Shown piece by piece: positions 59,276-64,000 of a DNA stretch of 64,000 nucleotides. The translations under genes and the position numbers were made by a program. The stretch is from a virus. The notes under the pieces are model-generated. The model searched no databases. It had not been told where the DNA came from and worked only from the letters and a program-made list of their open reading frames with translations. Numbering within the stretch: position 1 is the stretch's first letter; each line of letters starts with the position of its first letter. The stretch spans positions 29,896 through 93,895 of IMG/VR virus record IMGVR_UViG_3300022839_000006, one strand, 5' to 3'.

Positions 59276-59291
59276 AGTATAAAGTCCCTTA

Positions 59292-59828
59292 TTAGGTTAC
59301 AGGGTTTCCAGTAGTTCCGCCAACGACAGTCCACAGGTCATATTGGAACGTAGTGGTAAACTCTTCAATAGTGTCAGTTGTTTCCCAGGACAGTGCAATG
59401 TCGCTAACTGCGACGGGGTAGATCCCTTGGAAGTTATATATACGCAGTGTAGCACCATCTTTGCCGTACTGTGTAATAATAGCATCTGATTTATAATCCT
59501 GTGGCAATGCTCTTGAATTTGCCACATGACTGTTGATTGCGTTTGACCAAGCTTCCAGTGCATTGCGCACTGCAAAGTCTTCGTCGTTGATGATTGTTAC
59601 TGTCCAATCTTCGAAGGTTCTATCACCTGCATATTTAATCTGGCGACCAAAGTATGGAACTGTGTAGGACCCAAGGTTAGATGAAGGAATAGCAGCAGTT
59701 TTAGCCATGAATGGCACTTTAAAATCTGCTACGCCCAAGACTGGATTTGCAATTTGTACTTGGAAGAGGGTGGGACGTGCTCCACCCCCCACTAACTGCG
59801 ATTTAAATTCATTGACTGAGAATGACAT
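59292..59828 (-). CDS. g19: tail tube protein (gp19-like)
   Basis: ARPTLFQVQI and AGDRTFEDWTVTIINDE align to T4 gp19 ARPNLFQVEI / AGDRTFDDWTVTVMNDE; TATAAATA box upstream. Confidence 0.75.
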   Translation of the reverse strand: MSFSVNEFKSQLVGGGARPTLFQVQIANPVLGVADFKVPFMAKTAAIPSSNLGSYTVPYFGRQIKYAGDRTFEDWTVTIINDEDFAVRNALEAWSNAINSHVANSRALPQDYKSDAIITQYGKDGATLRIYNFQGIYPVAVSDIALSWETTDTIEEFTTTFQYDLWTVVGGTTGNPVT

Positions 59829-59860
59829 GTTAATTGTTCTCCTTGTTATATCTATTTATA

Positions 59861-61726
59861 TCAGAACTGTTGACCGACAATTTCGTCAAATTCGACACCA
59901 GTTCTAGTTGCAACAAATGTCAGTTCGATGAAGTTGATTGATCTTGCAGGTTTGATAAAGATATTCGAGCGGAATTTATTGGCATCAATAACGTCAGCCG
60001 TGTTTACCGTAGCATCAGAAACAACACGATAGTCGATAATGCCGCGACGGCCTTGAATATCACGGAGGAACGGATCCACAATCTGGCGGAATTGGTTCTG
60101 TGTGAACTCATCATTGAACTCGAAAAGGAATTGTGCAGAAATTGTTGCAATTGCCTTTTCTACTGTAATGAATAGACGACGTACGTTAATCCGCGTGAAT
60201 GCACTTCCAGTTGCGGTGCCTAGACCTGTCTTGTCGCCGAATAGAATTGTCCCCTGACCTGATTGTGCAATCACTGGGTTAACATCACGGCCGTAAAGTT
60301 GATCACGCTGTGCTTTAGTTGGATTGAATGCAAGCTTGATAACATTGCGTACCCGTCCCTTACGGTAACCAGCTGGTGATTCCCACGATTCGACACGAGC
60401 ACAAAGGCCTGCCATATCACCGTTTAGTGGAGTCCAGCGATACTGGTCATTGTACTTATCATAACGGTACTTATAACCACTGTCCATAAACCAATATGAC
60501 GAATTCTGCATGGACGTTCTAAAGCCTATAACATTGTTCATTTTGTCCTGTTCGGAAGCAACACCAACAACATCAGTAATTTCTGGCGATATAAATGCAA
60601 TGCAATCTTTACGATATTCAGCAACATTTGAAACGATGTAGTTTGCAAGGTTAGAACCACTTACTGCTTTGCCTTGGAGAAGAAAGGAAATATCAATGTC
60701 ATTTGCTTCTCTGTATAGGTCATAACCGAAAGCAATTGTACCAAGCGATACTAGGCTTTCTGATAGACTGTCGACACCAAGTGCAAAGGTCAGATATTCA
60801 CGCTGCGCGGTAACAACACCAGTAGTAACGTCACCAATATTATCTTCGCCTGCTTCAATGTATGCAGATCTTTCTTCGATGTACGATCTATAAAAGATGT
60901 TCGTGCCGTCAGTTGTTTTAGTACCAGATTTAATTGCTAGGTTTTCAAACTTTTCAAGTATTTGACCAGCAGTGCCTGATACCAAGCCTGTTCTGTCAGT
61001 TACAATGATGTGCATCTTACTAGCTTCTGGAGCTTCACCGAACGCGTCGGCATACGCCCAACGGCGCGTAACATCAGTAGGAATGTTCACCATTGTGAAT
61101 CGCTCTCTAAAGATGAACGAGTGCACATATTCAAATTCAGAACCAGAAGTCGGTGTGGTGCTAAGAGTTTCAAGAGCAAGGATTTCCATGTCCTGGTAAC
61201 CACTTGACGTGTCAATGCGTAGAACATCGCCTATCTTTACATTAATATCAACAAGAGCTTGGTCTGTTGTTATATCTAATGTTTGCTCTCTGAATGTGAT
61301 GTCATATGTAGTTGCAATGCTAAACACATCTTCTGCGAAGCCACTTTCACCAATTTCGGATGTGGTGATATATGAAATTTCAATGCCGTTTGCGATGGTA
61401 CCTGGGTATTTCGCCTTAAAAACAACATCGTCTGCTATATTTGAAACAGTTGCTGTACTAGCAGTATCATCTACTACACGGGTCACGTATAGAGCATTTG
61501 AATACGAGAGGTAATCAGCAGCGGTAAAGAATGTTTCCGCATTGTGATCTGTAGGTTGGCCGAAAACATTAGCAAGTTCTATTTCTGAAGAGATTAGAAC
61601 TCTTTCGTTTACAGGACCCCAGCGGAACACACCTGCGATTGCAGCTGGTAGCGTGGTGATTGCGGGAATTGTGGTAGTAAGATCAACTTCTCTTACCGTT
61701 ACTGATGGACTTACAGAAAAAACCAT
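59861..61726 (-). CDS. g18: tail sheath protein (gp18-like)
   Basis: N-terminal ...AIAGVFRWGPVNE resembles T4 gp18 ...ALAGKFQWGPAFQ; 621 aa. Confidence 0.8.
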   Translation of the reverse strand: MVFSVSPSVTVREVDLTTTIPAITTLPAAIAGVFRWGPVNERVLISSEIELANVFGQPTDHNAETFFTAADYLSYSNALYVTRVVDDTASTATVSNIADDVVFKAKYPGTIANGIEISYITTSEIGESGFAEDVFSIATTYDITFREQTLDITTDQALVDINVKIGDVLRIDTSSGYQDMEILALETLSTTPTSGSEFEYVHSFIFRERFTMVNIPTDVTRRWAYADAFGEAPEASKMHIIVTDRTGLVSGTAGQILEKFENLAIKSGTKTTDGTNIFYRSYIEERSAYIEAGEDNIGDVTTGVVTAQREYLTFALGVDSLSESLVSLGTIAFGYDLYREANDIDISFLLQGKAVSGSNLANYIVSNVAEYRKDCIAFISPEITDVVGVASEQDKMNNVIGFRTSMQNSSYWFMDSGYKYRYDKYNDQYRWTPLNGDMAGLCARVESWESPAGYRKGRVRNVIKLAFNPTKAQRDQLYGRDVNPVIAQSGQGTILFGDKTGLGTATGSAFTRINVRRLFITVEKAIATISAQFLFEFNDEFTQNQFRQIVDPFLRDIQGRRGIIDYRVVSDATVNTADVIDANKFRSNIFIKPARSINFIELTFVATRTGVEFDEIVGQQF

Positions 61727-61810
61727 TTGTTTTGTTCTCCTTTGACATAATAGCTTTATTGAACTAGTTTCACTTTAATCCTATTTATTATAATTGAGTT
61801 CTCACACAAT

Positions 61811-62623
61811 CTAGAGCCAGCTGTTGTACCGTACAGGCATATCATCTTCTTCTAGCTCGTCACCTATACTTACAAAGCCGAAAGGGAGTAATTCTTCCTC
61901 TATTTGTTCTTCGCTCTTTTCACGCAATTTCATCATTGTGTTGATGTCAGTCAGGTCTTTGAAGTAACCTTGATCAGTTAACCACGAAAACAGAACCAGG
62001 GTCATAACAAGATCATCGTGTGAGCCAGATTCTGCCTCATATGATAGACCCTTCTTAGAGAATTTGGAAAGCTCTTGAATGGTGTTGAAATCTGGAACGA
62101 GCAATTGGTTCTGCTCGATTAACATTTTTAGAATTGAACAGCCGATAGATTTTACTGATTTTGTTGTTCTGATACCTCGATCTACATTCTTACCAAAACC
62201 GCCAGAGACTCTTTTTCCCGACCGGCCTCCATTTTCTGTCATGACAAGATTTTCATATCCATAGTCAAGGAAAAGAATGTCTGATACCTGACCACCTATG
62301 TCATTGACCTCGACCATAACATGTGCTTCATTATAAAGCGTCGCAACTCTAAATATAGTAGCGGCATAATCAACAGGGCCAGTAAAATTATCTCTAAATG
62401 TACACACTTGCTTGTACGGCATTTGAGTTATGTCCAGAACAGAGAAAGCAGAATAATCCAAACCTTTGCCACGAGAAACATCAACTACCATTGCATATGT
62501 ATGACCAGTAACAACAGGGTCATACTGAAGCAGGCCCTCACTTTGAGTCACTGGTTTTGAATGTGCCATTTCTTTGAGTTTCTGTCCTGCGATCAAAGTA
62601 CCAGAGCTGCCAAGGAATTCGCA
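61811..62623 (-). CDS. g17: terminase large subunit C-terminal (nuclease) extein
   Basis: Begins CEFLGSSGTLI straight after the intein HN; RNase-H-like nuclease domain with MVVDVSRGKGLDYSAFSV. Confidence 0.75.
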   Translation of the reverse strand, partial: CEFLGSSGTLIAGQKLKEMAHSKPVTQSEGLLQYDPVVTGHTYAMVVDVSRGKGLDYSAFSVLDITQMPYKQVCTFRDNFTGPVDYAATIFRVATLYNEAHVMVEVNDIGGQVSDILFLDYGYENLVMTENGGRSGKRVSGGFGKNVDRGIRTTKSVKSIGCSILKMLIEQNQLLVPDFNTIQELSKFSKKGLSYEAESGSHDDLVMTLVLFSWLTDQGYFKDLTDINTMMKLREKSEEQIEEELLPFGFVSIGDELEEDDMPVRYNSWL

Positions 62624-62956
62624 GTTATGAGATACCATATTATTAGTATAATATTTGTGGCCGTTGCTCACTTCAAGCGCGTCGTATACATCCGCAGTTT
62701 CATTCTTATCTATAGAAAGAGTTGCTACTCTCGAATAGCCGCTCTTCGTTTTCAATCTCGATCCTATATATAAATTCTGCGCTTGTATAAACCCTGCTTC
62801 AGTCTCTATTTTATGATCCAGCGTACATTCTAATAGATTGCCGATTTCATCTACAATGGTTACTATACCGGTAGTGGTTTTTTTATACACACCGTGAAAA
62901 TCCGCCCATCCACTGTCCGTTAGTATTTCATACTGGGTGTTGTTCTTTTTCGTCAT
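62624..62956 (-). other. intein C-fragment (111 aa: blocks B, F, G) translated from its own ATG and RBS
   Basis: Block B GNLLECTLDHKIET, block F ADVYDALEV, block G NNMVSHN then Cys+1. Confidence 0.7.
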
Positions 62957-63140
62957 GGTAGGTCCTTTGTGGGAATGCCTTTTCTCTATGGTGTTGTTCT
63001 TATAGCAGCCGGCACCACATCACATGTTTCAGCGCGCCACAGAACGAGAAGCGGACTTCTCGTTAAATCTCCTTTATTCTTTCTTCTGGAGTCGTTCGCC
63101 GCGATTTGTACACGTGTGTTTTCTCATCTCCATCCTATTT

Positions 63141-63148
63141 TATTTATA
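63141..63148 (-). promoter_or_regulatory. late promoter box TATAAATA inside the 203-bp gap between the terminase halves
   Basis: Minus strand reads GATTTATAAATAAAATAGG ~185 nt upstream of the IntC start. Confidence 0.45.
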
Positions 63149-63162
63149 AATCAAGGAATTCA

Positions 63163-63258
63163 CAAGTGCAAATTTTCATAAAGTTCTTCTATGAAGATCG
63201 TTTTTATCTCGCCTGTTTCTTTGTCTCTTATGGTGATTTGAGTGTTGCCCTTCACGCA
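63163..63258 (-). other. intein N-fragment (32 aa: block A only) fused to the end of the terminase ATPase ORF
   Basis: C-VKGNTQITIRDKETGEIKTIFIEELYENLHL then a stop; block A C-x-x-G-x-T. Confidence 0.7.
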
Positions 63259-64000
63259 GCAATATTCTTGCGCAAACTTGTCTTGGTCGTGATCAAGAGC
63301 TTCGAGAGTTTCCTGTTTCCAAGCTTCACCTCTGCCTGGGACATCATTCCACATAACACGTACAAACTCATATCCGTTGGTGCCTTCCTCTGCACCTTTA
63401 CAGGTTTTCCAATAGTGGTTAATGCCATTTGGAGTTGAAGTCATTAATAATTTTGTTGTCTCGCCGGACGAAATTGTAGGATAAACAGAGGCGAAGAATT
63501 CATCGTACCCTTCGATAAACGCGACCTCGTCGAGATACAGAAACGAGATTGACTTGCCTCGAATTGCACTTGATGACGTAGTGCCTGCATATATCTTACA
63601 ACCGTTTTCTAATTCTATAGAGCCTTTGTTCCACTCCTCTACGCCTTGCTGTAGCCACCTAGGGAGCGCCTCGTACGCAAGCTGAATTCTATTGAGAACT
63701 TCTCTTGCAGAGTCACCTTTATTTGCAAGGATTGCTGCTGTCTTATATTCGTTAAATAGAATATAGTGTAGAATCACGGCTGCGGCAGTTGTGGTTTTGC
63801 CACTTTGCCTTGCTGTCAACACCGCAACTCTTCTATTATCTGTAATTTTACGGACAATTTCCTCTTGGTAACCGTACATTTCAAACGGTATAAGCCCTTT
63901 GTCTACGTGCACAATTTTTATATATGTCTTGGCAAAATATACCGGATCGTTGGCACATTTCATGTACTCTTGTAGTAATTCCGGCGTCCATTCAATTGCG
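63259..64000 (-). CDS. g17: terminase large subunit N-terminal (ATPase) extein; 5' end beyond window
   Basis: Walker A TARQSGKTT and Walker B FLYLDEVAF; frame is open to the window edge. Confidence 0.75.

Noticed and set aside
62957-63162. Homing endonuclease gene inside the intein gap
   Set aside because: Gap is only ~200 bp with stops in all three frames, so no HEG fits; it is interpreted as the split point instead.

Overview
This window is a segment of a T4-like (Tevenvirinae-type) myovirus genome. It is moderately AT-rich apart from one GC-rich island, and has no rRNA, CRISPR array or integrase.

Bases ~53.3-64 kb on the minus strand carry the canonical T4 morphogenesis order. That order is terminase large subunit (g17, partial at the window end), tail sheath (g18), tail tube (g19), portal (g20), prohead-core proteins, prohead protease (g21), scaffold (g22) and major capsid protein (g23). 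Several of these are preceded by TATAAATA late-promoter boxes.

Bases 1-53 kb are a long plus-strand array of early/auxiliary genes. Recognisable among them are:
- DNA/nucleotide metabolism: RNase H/FEN, Dda-like helicase, ATP-dependent ligase, RuvC-like resolvase, PhoH, glutaredoxin, HAD nucleotidases, metallophosphatases and a ClpP-like peptidase.
- NAD+ salvage (NadM-Nudix plus NadV/NAMPT).
- A striking set of RNA/tRNA-repair type enzymes (Rnl1, Rnl2, a P-loop kinase, a 2H phosphoesterase, Pth2-like hydrolases).
- A PAAR spike-tip protein, an SPFH/prohibitin homolog and a GapR-like DUF2312 protein.

A ~2.5 kb minus-strand late cassette at 6.5-9.1 kb carries tail-fibre-like genes, a holin-like membrane protein and an Ala/Gly-rich disordered protein.

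The most notable observations are:
1. The terminase gene is broken exactly at an intein insertion site. Block A is on the upstream ORF and blocks B/F/G are on the downstream ORF, the architecture of an atypically split, trans-splicing intein.
2. The Rnl1-type RNA ligase is split into two ORFs by a 380-bp insertion.
3. A ~1.6 kb high-GC island sits next to a tRNA-like element and tandemly duplicated MORN-like repeat genes.
4. Several families of short repeated promoter/RBS cassettes occur.
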